A stretch of DNA of 32,000 nucleotides, taken from contig JAWCFL010000002.1 in NCBI GenBank assembly GCA_038858525.1, positions 89,987 through 121,986 of the forward strand, given 5' to 3'. The position numbers were made by a program, and so were the translations under genes. The DNA comes from Candidatus Jordarchaeales archaeon. GTDB lineage: Archaea; Asgardarchaeota; Jordiarchaeia; Jordiarchaeales; Freyrarchaeaceae. Position 1 is the stretch's first letter. Every line of letters starts with the position of its first letter. The notes under the pieces are model-generated. The model did not search any database. It saw nothing but the letters and a program-made list of their open reading frames with translations, and was not told the DNA's origin. Below, piece by piece: positions 1-9,754 of this stretch.

Positions 1-507
1 CTTGAAAACTCTATGTACCCCAGCTACCCCAACGTCGTATGCTACATATACATCGCACCCCATACATTCAGCTATGAGCCTAGCCTCTTCGGCTACGGGT
101 ATATCTGCCGTCCCAGCAGTCAGGATGCCCACCTTGCCGCCTGTTCTAGCAGAGTCGTATTCTGGCTTCTTAATATAAATAGTCCCGGTCTCCTCCACAA
201 TTCTTAACTGAAAGACGCTTTCTGGAAATTCCTTTCTAAGAAGAGCTAACTGCTCATTGTTGCACTTGGTAACAATAACATAGCCTTTTTCCTCGACTAT
301 TCTTCTGGCGATCTCGACGAGATGTTTTTTGCGTTTCCCTCTAGCGTACACTATCTCAGGAATGCTTGAGCGAAGTTCCCTTTTCACGTCTATTCTGGCG
401 ATGCCGTCGAGCTCCAATATCTGAAATGCCCTAACTGCTCGTTCAGCATCGTCTATTCCGATTTCTCCCCTGACAAGTTTTTCGAGAACTTCTCTTAGCT
501 GTCTTAT
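1..507 (-). CDS. larB: Nickel pincer cofactor biosynthesis protein LarB (PurE/AIR-carboxylase-like), 3' end runs off the window
   Basis: Manual translation of the minus strand (not in the ORF track) gives IRQLREVLEKL...IARIDVKRELRSSIPEIVYARGK...VGILTAGTADIPVAEEARLIAECMGCDVYVAYDVGVAGVHRVFK. The TAGTxDIPVAEEA and DVGVAGxHR motifs are typical of LarB. The frame is closed by TAG at 531-529; the start is probably ATA at 507. Confidence 0.85.
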   Translation of the reverse strand, partial: MRQLREVLEKLVRGEIGIDDAERAVRAFQILELDGIARIDVKRELRSSIPEIVYARGKRKKHLVEIARRIVEEKGYVIVTKCNNEQLALLRKEFPESVFQLRIVEETGTIYIKKPEYDSARTGGKVGILTAGTADIPVAEEARLIAECMGCDVYVAYDVGVAGVHRVFK

Positions 508-577
508 CGGTTCTCCCTCCGCGGTCAGCTACTTTAAATATTCCAGATTTACCTTTAAAGCGTGATGGGGGTTTTTA

Positions 578-1315
578 ATGCAGACAAAGATTGGCGTTGT
601 GCTTCTTAGTGGTGGATTAGACTCGACCGTGGCTTTATGGTGGGCCAAAAAGAAAGGAGGATACGGTGAGGTTCACACGCTAACTTTTTTTTATGGCTCT
701 AGGGAAGAGAGAATTACGAGGAAAGTCTGTGAAATACTGGCGGCTCTTTCTAAGGTCGAAAGACAGATTTTCTTGGAGCTTCCTTGGCTTGGGGAGTTCT
801 CAATTAGAAGTGGAGCCACATTGGTGGAAGGGGGAGATACGCCGCCCAAAGTGTCTATTAGTATGCTTGAAGACAAGAAGATCATGAAAAATGCTTCTAG
901 AAGTGTTTGGATTCCTGCAAGGAATCTTTGCTTTGTCTCTATAGCTGCGTCTTACGCTGAATCGATTGGCGGCGAAGCAGAAATAATTACAGGGTTCAAC
1001 AAAGAGGAGGCTGAGACTTTCCCGGATAATTCTCCCATTTTCATCGAAAGAATGAATGCACTGCTAGAAGTTTCAACAATTAAGGCTAAGGTTGCCTTAA
1101 GAAGCCCTCTCATCCACTTAGACAAGAGGGGGATATGCGCGCTTGCAAAGTCGCTCGGCGTCCCTGTCGAGTATTCAAATTCTTGCTATGACCCAGCTGG
1201 CATCACCAAAAACGGTGAGCCCATTCATTGCGGCTTATGTGAGAGCTGCGCAAGAAGAAAACGCGCCTTCCTAGAAGCCGTGGGCTCAGACCCCACAATC
1301 TACGCACATAAATAG
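578..1315 (+). CDS. queC: 7-cyano-7-deazaguanine synthase QueC (preQ0 / archaeosine pathway)
   Basis: PP-loop SGGLDS, WIPARNLxFxSIAxxYAE, and C-terminal Zn site CY-x13-CGLCESC-x2-RKRAF. Confidence 0.92.
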   Translation: MQTKIGVVLLSGGLDSTVALWWAKKKGGYGEVHTLTFFYGSREERITRKVCEILAALSKVERQIFLELPWLGEFSIRSGATLVEGGDTPPKVSISMLEDKKIMKNASRSVWIPARNLCFVSIAASYAESIGGEAEIITGFNKEEAETFPDNSPIFIERMNALLEVSTIKAKVALRSPLIHLDKRGICALAKSLGVPVEYSNSCYDPAGITKNGEPIHCGLCESCARRKRAFLEAVGSDPTIYAHK

Positions 1316-1423
1316 AAGAAGGTTACACTACGTAAGATTCCCCCTAACAAAGCAAAAAGTCCGTAAATAATGAAATAGGAGGTTGCTACGTTAGAAGGCT
1401 GCCTTTGAATTTTATAGGTGCTT

Positions 1424-2767
1424 TTATGCTGTTCCTTCCCTCCATCCTTTAAGGTAGGCTAGTTGCTCTTCCGTGAGTTTCTCCAGCTCTATCCCTAAGG
1501 CTTTGCACTTCAGCTCGGCTACTGTCATGTCTATTTCTTTAGGTATGTCAAGCACTATGTTTCCCATCTTCTTAAGTTCGTCTCTATGCTTGACAATCCA
1601 TTCAACCGCTAATGCCTGATCGCTGAAACTCATGTCCATCACTGAGCTTGGGTGCCCTTCAGCAGCGACGAGATTTACCAGACGACCCTTGCCTAGCAGA
1701 TATATTTTTCTTCCGTCTTTCAGCCTGTACTCGTCGACGTTAGGCCTTATTTCCTCCTTGCTCACAGCCAAGCTCTCTAGGTCTTTCAGGTTTATCTCGA
1801 CGTCGAAATGCCCCGCATTAGCTAGAATGACGCCATCCTTCATCTTTTCCATGTGCTCCTTCCTGATAACGTCTTTGCATCCGGTTGCTGTGATGAATAT
1901 GTCCCCCACCTCGGCAGCCTTGGACATGGGCATTACATCTATGCCTTCAAGTGCTGCTGTAAGTGCTCTGTGGGGGTTAATCTCGACTGCTATCACTCTT
2001 CTAGCGCCGAGCCCCTTAGCCCGCAGGGCTATTCCACGGCCGCAGTGCCCGTAGCCGGCGACCACGACAACCTTTCCCGCTATTAGTTCTGACGTCGCCC
2101 TCATTATGCCATCTATGGTCGACTGGCCTGTCCCCCATATGTTGTCGAACTCCCATTTAGTTGGAGTGTCGTTGGTGGCTAGTATGGGGTATGGCAATGT
2201 TCCCTCTTCAGCCATAGCCCTAAGCCTTATAACGCCAGTGGTTGTCTCCTCAGCGCCCCCCCAAACGCTGCTCCACCAATCGCCTTTTTTCTCTAAAACT
2301 TTCTTGACTATTTCTACTTCTGCACCGCCTTCACCATGCTTAAGTTTGGCTATCGTCGAAACTAAGTCGGCGCCATCATCCAGCGTGACGTTTGGATGAG
2401 CCTTTATCACGTTTCCTATAGCTCTATAGTATCCCTCGGCATCCATTCCGTGCCAAGCGAACACGTGGATCCCGGCTTTAACTAGGGCGGCTGCTACGTG
2501 ATCCTGGGTTGAGAGGGGGTTAGAGGCGCATAGGTAAACAGTTGCTCCTCCAGCTTGCAGTGCTTTAACGAGGACGGCTGTTTCCTTCGTAACGTGGAGG
2601 CATGCCCCTACAGTGACTCCTCTTAGCGGTTTTTCCAGGGAAAATCGTTCCTTGATCATCCTTAACACGGGCATGTGATCTTCAGCCCATCTGATCGCCT
2701 TCTCGCCCTGAGCAGCCAAGCTTAAGTCCTTTATCTCGTATCTATCTCCAACCTGTGTTTGAACCAA
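1424..2767 (-). CDS. ahcY: Adenosylhomocysteinase (SAH hydrolase)
   Basis: Motifs ACLHVTKETA, SNPLSTQD, EETTTG, NAD-binding GYGHCGRG, NAGHF, EGHPSSVMDMSF. TTG start. Confidence 0.97.
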   Translation of the reverse strand: MVQTQVGDRYEIKDLSLAAQGEKAIRWAEDHMPVLRMIKERFSLEKPLRGVTVGACLHVTKETAVLVKALQAGGATVYLCASNPLSTQDHVAAALVKAGIHVFAWHGMDAEGYYRAIGNVIKAHPNVTLDDGADLVSTIAKLKHGEGGAEVEIVKKVLEKKGDWWSSVWGGAEETTTGVIRLRAMAEEGTLPYPILATNDTPTKWEFDNIWGTGQSTIDGIMRATSELIAGKVVVVAGYGHCGRGIALRAKGLGARRVIAVEINPHRALTAALEGIDVMPMSKAAEVGDIFITATGCKDVIRKEHMEKMKDGVILANAGHFDVEINLKDLESLAVSKEEIRPNVDEYRLKDGRKIYLLGKGRLVNLVAAEGHPSSVMDMSFSDQALAVEWIVKHRDELKKMGNIVLDIPKEIDMTVAELKCKALGIELEKLTEEQLAYLKGWREGTA

Positions 2768-2847
2768 TTAGACCACCTCTTCCCCTAAACCTTCAAGAAA
2801 CGGATTTTAAACCTTTACTTCTCCATTCGTTATTTCTATCATCTATC

Positions 2848-4530
2848 TTAGGCAACCATTCCCTCCTCTAACGCTTTCATTTCAGCCTTAACCTCGTCTT
2901 CCAATATCTTTCTGAAGAGAGGTTTTGGCTCATTGATCACGTGCCCGGCATTTATGCTGAAGCGTTTGGCGGAATCCCATGACGCGGATGTGTTCATCAT
3001 CTCGAACAGCCGTTCCATGGATGAGGGAATAATGGGATAGAGACATGTTGCCGCTGAGTAAAGGAAATTTATGCAGATATAGAGTGGGGTGGCAGCCTCA
3101 CCTTCTCTCGTCTTTCCACCTTTCTTTACGGCTTCCCATGGAGCCTTCGCAGTGAAGTAACTGTTCGCTTTTTTAAATGCTTCAATAATACGCCTGATGA
3201 CCTGTGAGAAGTCACACTTCTCGTACTCCTTCTCCACCTCTTCAACCATTTTCATGAAGCTGGACGCGAAATCGTTATCCTGCTCTTCCATGTCACCGGG
3301 TGCTGGCACCCTCCTATTAAACCACTTAGAAATGAACGTCAGGACGCGATGGGCGAAGTTCCCTATGTTGTCCACTAGATCCCCGTTTACCTTGCTCATA
3401 AATTCAAGCCAGCTGAAATCGTTGTCGCTAACACTGTTGGAAGCCTTGGAAGCCAAGTAGAAGCGAATGTAATCGGCAGGAAACTTCTCAAGGACGCGCT
3501 TAAGAGGAACAAGCCACTTTCTGCTCTTACTCATTTTCCGCCCTTCAAGAGTAAGATATCCGTTTACAACGTACTTGCCCGGAAGAGTGTATCCTCCGAC
3601 GCCCATCAGCATGGCCGGCCAGAAGAGGAGATGGTGATATACTATGTCTTTTCCTATGAAGTGAGTTATCAGGCAGTCCCCCATCCAGTAGTCTCTCCAA
3701 TCTCGCCCCGTCCTCTTGCTCCAGTTAACCGTCGACGCAATATATCCTATCGGGGCGTCAAACCAAACGTACACATACTGGTTGTCCTTAGCGTCTTTAT
3801 ATGGCAATTTAAATCCCCAATAGTCTTCTCTCGTTATATCCCAATCCTGCAGTCCTGATTTAATCCATTGGACAACATAGTTGACAACATCCCTCGAGAA
3901 GTCCTCATTACTCTTAGACTTTAACCATTCCAGCAATATGTCGGAGAAGGCGCTCAACCTGAATATGAAATGCTCCTCACTTCTGGTTGATGGAGGAGTC
4001 TTACAGAGAATGCAGTATGGTTCAAGTATCATTCCCGGCTCTATTGTTCTTCCACAAACCTCACAAGAGTCGCTGTATTGGTCCTCTGCCCCACAGTAGG
4101 GGCATTTCCCCTTAATCATCCTGTCAGGCAAGTATATCTTGTCGTTTTCGCAGTAGAAGAGAGTAACTTTCTTCTTGTATATGTAGCCATTCTCTCTGAG
4201 CTTTATCAAAAACTCCTCAGTCAACTCCCTATTTTCCTCACTATGTGTCCTATAGTAATTGTCAAAGCTTATCCCGAGACGTGCTAAGTCTTCCATCTGA
4301 CGTCTCCGAAAGTATTCGACGTGCTCCAGAGGAGTACGGCCAGCTTCTCTAGCCGCGACGGAGACGGGGGTCCCATGCTCATCGCTACCGCAAACGAAAA
4401 CCACATCCCACCCTTTAAGCCTACAGTAACGGGAGAATATGTCTGCAGGAATATACGTGCTGAAGGCGTGCCCAAGGTGGAGATCCGAGTTAGCATAAGG
4501 CAGCGCCGCCGTAACCAGTACTCTGCGCAA
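2848..4530 (-). CDS. metG: Methionyl-tRNA synthetase (short form, no C-terminal tRNA-binding domain)
   Basis: HLGH and KMSKS class I motifs, Zn knuckles, YVWFDAPIGY. TTG at 4530 follows a GGAGGG Shine-Dalgarno (the ORF track starts at 4548). Confidence 0.96.
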   Translation of the reverse strand: MRRVLVTAALPYANSDLHLGHAFSTYIPADIFSRYCRLKGWDVVFVCGSDEHGTPVSVAAREAGRTPLEHVEYFRRRQMEDLARLGISFDNYYRTHSEENRELTEEFLIKLRENGYIYKKKVTLFYCENDKIYLPDRMIKGKCPYCGAEDQYSDSCEVCGRTIEPGMILEPYCILCKTPPSTRSEEHFIFRLSAFSDILLEWLKSKSNEDFSRDVVNYVVQWIKSGLQDWDITREDYWGFKLPYKDAKDNQYVYVWFDAPIGYIASTVNWSKRTGRDWRDYWMGDCLITHFIGKDIVYHHLLFWPAMLMGVGGYTLPGKYVVNGYLTLEGRKMSKSRKWLVPLKRVLEKFPADYIRFYLASKASNSVSDNDFSWLEFMSKVNGDLVDNIGNFAHRVLTFISKWFNRRVPAPGDMEEQDNDFASSFMKMVEEVEKEYEKCDFSQVIRRIIEAFKKANSYFTAKAPWEAVKKGGKTREGEAATPLYICINFLYSAATCLYPIIPSSMERLFEMMNTSASWDSAKRFSINAGHVINEPKPLFRKILEDEVKAEMKALEEGMVA

Positions 4531-4705
4531 AACGATCCCTCCAAGCAACCAACATTAAACCCGGTAATTAAACATTACCGAAGAAAAGATAAATGATTAT
4601 TTTTTACCGTGCAATTGGAAAAACAAAGCTTTGAGAGTAGTGAAGTAATCGCCCCATTAACCTTTTAAATCCACTATCCGAAATATTATTCGAAGGGGAT
4701 GAAAG

Positions 4706-5110
4706 ATGCCTAAGGAGTTCACTTACAGAGGCTACACGCTGGATGAACTTCAAAAAATGCCGATGGATGACTTCATAAAAATACTACCCTCGAGACAAAG
4801 AAGAAGCTTGATCAGAGGGTTACCACCACGCCATAAGAAGCTACTAGAAAAAATTAGGAGAGCTAGGAGAGCTCTTAAAAAGGGGAAGAAAGTCGTCGTG
4901 AGAACGCATAACAGGGACATCGTAATACTACCGGAAATGGTAGGTTTAACCATCGCAGTGTATAACGGAAAAGAGTTCATACCAGTGGAGATAAGGCCGG
5001 AAATGATCGGGCACTACTTGGGCGAGTTCGCACTCACGTGCAAGAAGGTCTCGCACGGCGCTCCAGGCGTAGGAGCAACCCGCTCGTCAATGTATGTCCC
5101 CCTCAAGTAG
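4706..5110 (+). CDS. rps19p: 30S ribosomal protein uS19 (archaeal S19P)
   Basis: [14 protein letters not shown]...RTHNRD...HYLGEFA...[18 protein letters not shown]. Confidence 0.98.
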   Translation: MPKEFTYRGYTLDELQKMPMDDFIKILPSRQRRSLIRGLPPRHKKLLEKIRRARRALKKGKKVVVRTHNRDIVILPEMVGLTIAVYNGKEFIPVEIRPEMIGHYLGEFALTCKKVSHGAPGVGATRSSMYVPLK

Positions 5111-5157
5111 AGGGGAGCGTAGAAAGCTCGATGCTTCTACATCCAACTTGTTCTTTC

Positions 5158-6312
5158 CTATATTTTTGTCAGTGATTCTGTGCTTCGTATTTTTCCCACC
5201 AATTTTGAAACTCCGGGGTCAACTCCTCTCAGAAGAGCTAGGTAGAAAGCCTGCCACTCTAGGGGTATAGCGTACAGTGGAGGGGAAAGAAGGTTTTCTA
5301 CGTTACCTGGTGGAATTGATGCTTCTTCATCTATTTCTTGTGGTGAGACTTCGAGGAGCTTTTCTTTTCCCGCTTGTCTTTCCCAGAGGCGTTTGACGAG
5401 CTGAAATGTTTCTAGGGGTTTCGTCTGGTTGGGGGGTTTAAGCACTATGAGGGGCTTCTTTTCCTTGTTTTCTTCTTCAAGCGTTTCTACCAGTGAATGA
5501 ATGAATTCCTCCATTTTTGCGTCGCACGCATCCGCCTTGACTCCTTCCATAAGCATTATTAGGGCGTGTTTTCTTGCTATGGGATATCTCGGCCCGTCAC
5601 CCATAACGTAGAACATCTTGTCCACGTAATTGAGCCCCCACTCCGCGGCCGACTTCCCCCACTCGATAACCTTACCGGATTTGCTCAGCTTGTCAGTTAG
5701 ATCAGGTATTATTTCGGCTTGAAGCTTTAAAGCGTGATCGATCTCATCGTCACTTTGAGAGAAGGCAAGTAGTTCCAGCAGTAGGAGGTTTAGTAAAGCT
5801 AGAGTTGCGTGAAACGTACCAGTTGAGGGAAGAGGTTTTTCAGGGTAAGGCCTAGTTCGAGTTCTGATAACGTAGCCACCCTCCTCCTCGAGGACGAGTA
5901 GGGATCGACCCTCCGGCTTTTCCCATCTGTTAGTTATGGCTACGCATGTGCTACCTCTTGAGAGGCATAGCTCCATGGCGTCCAGCGTGTCCTTGGTCGT
6001 CCCGGACTGAGAGAGTAGTATGACGAGCGTGTTTTTTCCAACCCATCTTGGAAGGTTATCCGCCAGCGTCCTAGAATGCATTGTTTTTATCGGAATATCC
6101 GAGAAGTATTCCCAGAGATACTCTGAGATCATCGGTATTAAGTATTTGTCCCCTGCGCCAGTCATCAGAATGTTTTTGAACTTGACGCTTTCAGCCACTT
6201 CCAATATGGTTTTATGACTTTCCTTTATAGAAATCTTCACGCTTTCTCCCTGAAGCAGAATAGCTTCTTTCATGCCCGTTGAGTCAAGCGCTTCAAGCTC
6301 ACTCCAATTCAT
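5158..6312 (-). CDS. SIS-domain phosphosugar isomerase/deaminase (GlmS isomerase-domain-like, no glutaminase domain)
   Basis: LSQSGTTKDT phosphate-binding loop and two SIS-like halves. ATG at 6312 follows GGAGGGAG; the ORF-track extension to 6423 covers AT-rich promoter sequence. Confidence 0.75.
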   Translation of the reverse strand: MNWSELEALDSTGMKEAILLQGESVKISIKESHKTILEVAESVKFKNILMTGAGDKYLIPMISEYLWEYFSDIPIKTMHSRTLADNLPRWVGKNTLVILLSQSGTTKDTLDAMELCLSRGSTCVAITNRWEKPEGRSLLVLEEEGGYVIRTRTRPYPEKPLPSTGTFHATLALLNLLLLELLAFSQSDDEIDHALKLQAEIIPDLTDKLSKSGKVIEWGKSAAEWGLNYVDKMFYVMGDGPRYPIARKHALIMLMEGVKADACDAKMEEFIHSLVETLEEENKEKKPLIVLKPPNQTKPLETFQLVKRLWERQAGKEKLLEVSPQEIDEEASIPPGNVENLLSPPLYAIPLEWQAFYLALLRGVDPGVSKLVGKIRSTESLTKI

Positions 6313-6434
6313 GGTTCTCCCTCCAAAATCAGAAATCACTGGCAACTTAAAAATAATAATCTTTATATTAATGAATTTATATTCGAGTGATTTATTATCC
6401 CTTTTATGAAAAATGTTTTTCACGGTGATTCAAC

Positions 6435-7601
6435 TTGAAGGCTGTAGTCTTAGCGGCGGGGAAGGGGACGCGTATGCGCCCCCTCACGTTCACTCGGCCA
6501 AAGCACATGCTCCCCGTCGCCGGGAAACCGATCTTGGAGCACATAATAGGTTTCCTGCGTAATGCAGGAATAAATGAGGTAGTAATGGTGGTTGGTCCTG
6601 AAAGCGAGTACATAACGGATTACTTCGGTGACGGATCCCGTTTTGATGTAAAAATAGAATACGCTGAGCAAAAGAAGCCTTTAGGTCTTGCTCATGCGGT
6701 CTCTATGGCACGTTACTTATTGGAGGGGGAGGAGCGCTTCATTACGGTTTTGGGGGACGTGCTATTCAAGCTTAACCTAAAAGACATGTTGACATTTCAC
6801 ACTAAAAGGGAGGCAAAGGCTACCATAGCTGTTTCTGAGGCAGCCGACCCTACGCCCTTTGGCGTAGTCAAGGTTGTGGACGGCTTCAGAGTGGAGAGAC
6901 TGGTTGAAAAGCCAAAGGTTCCGCCTTCAAACCTCATAATCGCCGGGCTCTACATTTTTGAGAACGAGTTTTGGGACTGTTTAAAGGACCTTAAACCGTC
7001 TTGGAGAGGAGAATATGAAATTACGGATGCCATCCAGCTGATGGTGGATAGAGGTTATCCAGTGTACGGGTATCTCACCAAGAAGTGGTGGAAAGACACT
7101 GGAAGACCCACTGACCTCTTGGAAGCCAGCCAAAAGTTCCTGTCAGAGCTTTCGGAGTTTTACGTTTTAGGAGAGGTCCAGAGAGAAGTTGAGATACGTG
7201 GCCCGGTTCAGATAGGGCGCGACACTGTGATCTACGAGGGTGCAAAGGTCTTTGGCCCCACGGTTATAGGGGAAAGATGTGAAGTCGGGCCAGGATGCCT
7301 CATAGGGCCTAATGTCGAGATAGGAAACGATGTTAGGCTGGTGGAAAACGTTGAGCTACGGAACGCTATAGTAATGTCGCATACTCTCATATCGAATAAC
7401 GTTCAAATAACGGACAGCGTTATAGGGGAGAACTGCAAGATAGGGTCTGGCGTGAGGGCATGTGGTAACAGCAATGTTTTCGGCGTCGTAATAGGAGATA
7501 ACTCGGTTATAGGTCCCGGGATCTCGTTTTCACCGGGAAGCATGCTTGGTCCCAACTCCTCGATAAAGTTAAAGTGGGAGGAAACTGATAATGAAGGGTA
7601 A
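6435..7601 (+). CDS. Sugar-1-phosphate nucleotidyltransferase (long RmlA/GlmU-like) with C-terminal left-handed beta-helix
   Basis: VLAAGKGTRMRPLT-x3-PK, LVEKP, GEYEITDAIQ, WKDTG, then hexapeptide repeats. Confidence 0.87.
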   Translation: MKAVVLAAGKGTRMRPLTFTRPKHMLPVAGKPILEHIIGFLRNAGINEVVMVVGPESEYITDYFGDGSRFDVKIEYAEQKKPLGLAHAVSMARYLLEGEERFITVLGDVLFKLNLKDMLTFHTKREAKATIAVSEAADPTPFGVVKVVDGFRVERLVEKPKVPPSNLIIAGLYIFENEFWDCLKDLKPSWRGEYEITDAIQLMVDRGYPVYGYLTKKWWKDTGRPTDLLEASQKFLSELSEFYVLGEVQREVEIRGPVQIGRDTVIYEGAKVFGPTVIGERCEVGPGCLIGPNVEIGNDVRLVENVELRNAIVMSHTLISNNVQITDSVIGENCKIGSGVRACGNSNVFGVVIGDNSVIGPGISFSPGSMLGPNSSIKLKWEETDNEG

Positions 7602-8592
7602 AGTTGTCCTTGTGACTGGAGGAGCCGGCTTCATAGGGTCTCACCTGGTTGATTGGCTGATCAGAGACAATGATGTCGTGGTGCTCGACAACTTCTCAAG
7701 CGGCAAAATGAGCAACATTCAGCATCATCTGGGAAGTGATGGCTTTACGTTGATCAGGGGTGACATACTGGATAGGGAAGTTGTGAGGGAGGCTTTAAGG
7801 GATGTGGACGTCGTCATACACCAGGCGGCTGTTGTTGGCGTTAAAAAATACGTCGAAAATCCCTTGAATGTGTTGACAACAAACGTTTTCGGCACTCATA
7901 ACTTAATAGAGGAAAGCCTTAGGAGGGGAGTGGAAAGATTTGTTTTCGCTTCGACGAGTGAGGTCTATGGTAAGAGCGAAAAAATCCCTCTGAAGGAGAG
8001 CGGGGACAGGGTTCTTGGAGCGACGAACATAGCTAGGTGGTGTTACTCGACGTCCAAAGCGGTTGACGAGCACTTTCTCTTCGCCTACAACGAATCTTAC
8101 AGTTTTCCTATGGTTATATTACGCTACTTTAACGTGTATGGGCCGAGGCAGGAGACCAGCGATTACAGCGGGGTGATCCCGATCTTCATAAGAAGAATTT
8201 TGAGAGGAGAGCCGCCCCTGATACATGGAGACGGAGAGCAAACTAGGGCTTTCACCTACATTTCAGATGCTGTAGAGGCAACTGTGATAGCTGCCAGCAA
8301 GAGAGAAGCGGTAGGGCAAGCCTTCAACATAGGGAGCAGAGAGGAGGTTACGATAAATCAGCTTGCCAGAATGATCATAGAGCTCTCAGGCAATAACTCG
8401 ATCGAGCCTAAACATATATCCTACGAGGAGTTTTACGGTGAGAGTTACGAAGACATAAGGAGAAGGGTTCCGGACGTAGAAAAAGCTGAAAGGCTACTTG
8501 GATTTAAAGCGAAAACATCATTAAGGGACGGACTCAAAAAGACAATAGAATGGTATAGAAAACATTTAAACCGAAATGAACTCATGACTTGA
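7591..8592 (+). CDS. NAD-dependent nucleotide-sugar epimerase/dehydratase/decarboxylase (extended SDR)
   Basis: TGGAGFIGSH, STSEVYG, catalytic YxxxK (RWCYSTSK), RYFNVYGP. Overlaps the upstream gene by 11 nt. Confidence 0.87.
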   Translation: MKGKVVLVTGGAGFIGSHLVDWLIRDNDVVVLDNFSSGKMSNIQHHLGSDGFTLIRGDILDREVVREALRDVDVVIHQAAVVGVKKYVENPLNVLTTNVFGTHNLIEESLRRGVERFVFASTSEVYGKSEKIPLKESGDRVLGATNIARWCYSTSKAVDEHFLFAYNESYSFPMVILRYFNVYGPRQETSDYSGVIPIFIRRILRGEPPLIHGDGEQTRAFTYISDAVEATVIAASKREAVGQAFNIGSREEVTINQLARMIIELSGNNSIEPKHISYEEFYGESYEDIRRRVPDVEKAERLLGFKAKTSLRDGLKKTIEWYRKHLNRNELMT

Positions 8593-8594
8593 AT

Positions 8595-8810
8595 TTATAA
8601 CTTGCTGACTTCCTTCAGCATTTTCAGAATTTCCTCGGCTTCCTCCGGCTTAAGCTTTTCAATAGCGTATCCAGTATGGATCATCACGTAGTCTCCTATC
8701 TTAACGTCGTCTAGCAGTGTGATGAATGCTTCTCTTGTTACTCCTCCAAAGTCAACTAATGCTTTCTCGCCATGGATCTCTAGAACCTTTGCCGGAACAC
8801 CGAGACACAT
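8595..8810 (-). CDS. hypC: [NiFe]-hydrogenase maturation chaperone HypC
   Basis: N-terminal MCLGVPAKV and GDYVMIHTGYAI. Start at the ATG immediately before Cys2. Confidence 0.93.
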   Translation of the reverse strand: MCLGVPAKVLEIHGEKALVDFGGVTREAFITLLDDVKIGDYVMIHTGYAIEKLKPEEAEEILKMLKEVSKL

Positions 8811-8932
8811 GCGCACCACGCTCTCTTTCTTAACCTTTCACTATTAACTGAAACTTGAAGCCATTTAAGGTTTCCCAAAAGCCTTAGATAGGTGTTGAGG
8901 GGAAGGCTCACCGTGCAATTTCCCCCTTACAT

Positions 8933-9481
8933 TTATTTTCTAATACTATTTTCTAATACTATTTCCAAGTAAGACCTGAGCTCGAAGCCGTCCGCCGGGA
9001 TGCCCAGTTTCTCGGCCTTACTCAGCAACTCGTCACGCTTCTTCTCCACATCATTTTCATCCTCAACTATTGATTCAATTTCAACAAAAAACCCGATGCC
9101 GTTAATGTAGTCCAGATGAAGGAGGTTTTCACCCAGCTGGTAGGTTTTCCTCCTTTTGATGATCCTTGCAACTTGGAGGAAACCTAATTTCTCGAGAAGA
9201 AGCAAGATATCAGCGAAGCTTCCAACTTCAACCCTAATTTCTTCTCTAGTCTTTGATTTTGAATCAATTCTTGGCCCCTTATAGGTGACCTCCACCCGGT
9301 CTCCGACACACCTAACCCTCAGTGCTTCATCGGTCACCACAAAGTTTCTTGAGGGGTGCTGAAAGTAGACGTCTTCTTGAACCTCCTCGCCTAGAAGCAG
9401 CCCACCTATGGATAAAACCCGCGAAACTACACGGTCTGCATCCTCCTTTGAAACTTTATACTTAACCTCAACTTCTATCAA
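8933..9481 (-). CDS. cyaB: Class IV adenylyl cyclase / CYTH-domain triphosphate tunnel metalloenzyme
   Basis: EVEVKY (ExExK), QEDVYF, ALRVR, TYKGP, REEI, FVEIE. TTG start after GGAGGTG. Confidence 0.87.
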   Translation of the reverse strand: MIEVEVKYKVSKEDADRVVSRVLSIGGLLLGEEVQEDVYFQHPSRNFVVTDEALRVRCVGDRVEVTYKGPRIDSKSKTREEIRVEVGSFADILLLLEKLGFLQVARIIKRRKTYQLGENLLHLDYINGIGFFVEIESIVEDENDVEKKRDELLSKAEKLGIPADGFELRSYLEIVLENSIRK

Positions 9482-9511
9482 AAACACACCTCCCTTCAAA
9501 AAAGAAAAGTA

Positions 9512-9754
9512 TTAAGCTTCTTGGACGCTTACCTTAATCGCTTTGTTAGGACACGCCTCGACGCACCTGTAACATAGTATGCAGAACCTCTTAAAGGATG
9601 GAACTATTACGTAGCTCTCTGGTTCCTTATTGGGCTCTCTGTCCGTCGCATACCTAACAAAAACAGTGCATGGGCAAACTTCCAAACATTTTCCGCAATC
9701 TTGGGGTCTAGAACATTTGTCTCCAACCCATTCTACTGAAACCTTTACCGGCAA
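9512..9754 (-). CDS. Small 2x[4Fe-4S] ferredoxin
   Basis: Atypical C-x5-C-x2-C-x3-CP motif and a canonical CILCYRCVEACP motif. Confidence 0.85.
   Translation of the reverse strand: MPVKVSVEWVGDKCSRPQDCGKCLEVCPCTVFVRYATDREPNKEPESYVIVPSFKRFCILCYRCVEACPNKAIKVSVQEA

Noticed and set aside
578-1315. Calling the PP-loop gene larE because it neighbours larB
   Set aside because: It has QueC-specific motifs (PARN, CxxCxxC followed by RKRAF), which LarE lacks.
2270-2350. Approximately 18-aa insertion in AhcY after the DDGADL motif
   Set aside because: SAH hydrolases are known to vary in length at this position, so it is not distinctive on its own.
6313-6423. N-terminal extensions in the ORF track (SIS gene; likewise 10595-10702, 13714-13845 and 28960-29031)
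   Set aside because: They run through AT-rich promoter DNA or an upstream gene. Downstream starts have clear Shine-Dalgarno motifs, and family-like sequence begins there.
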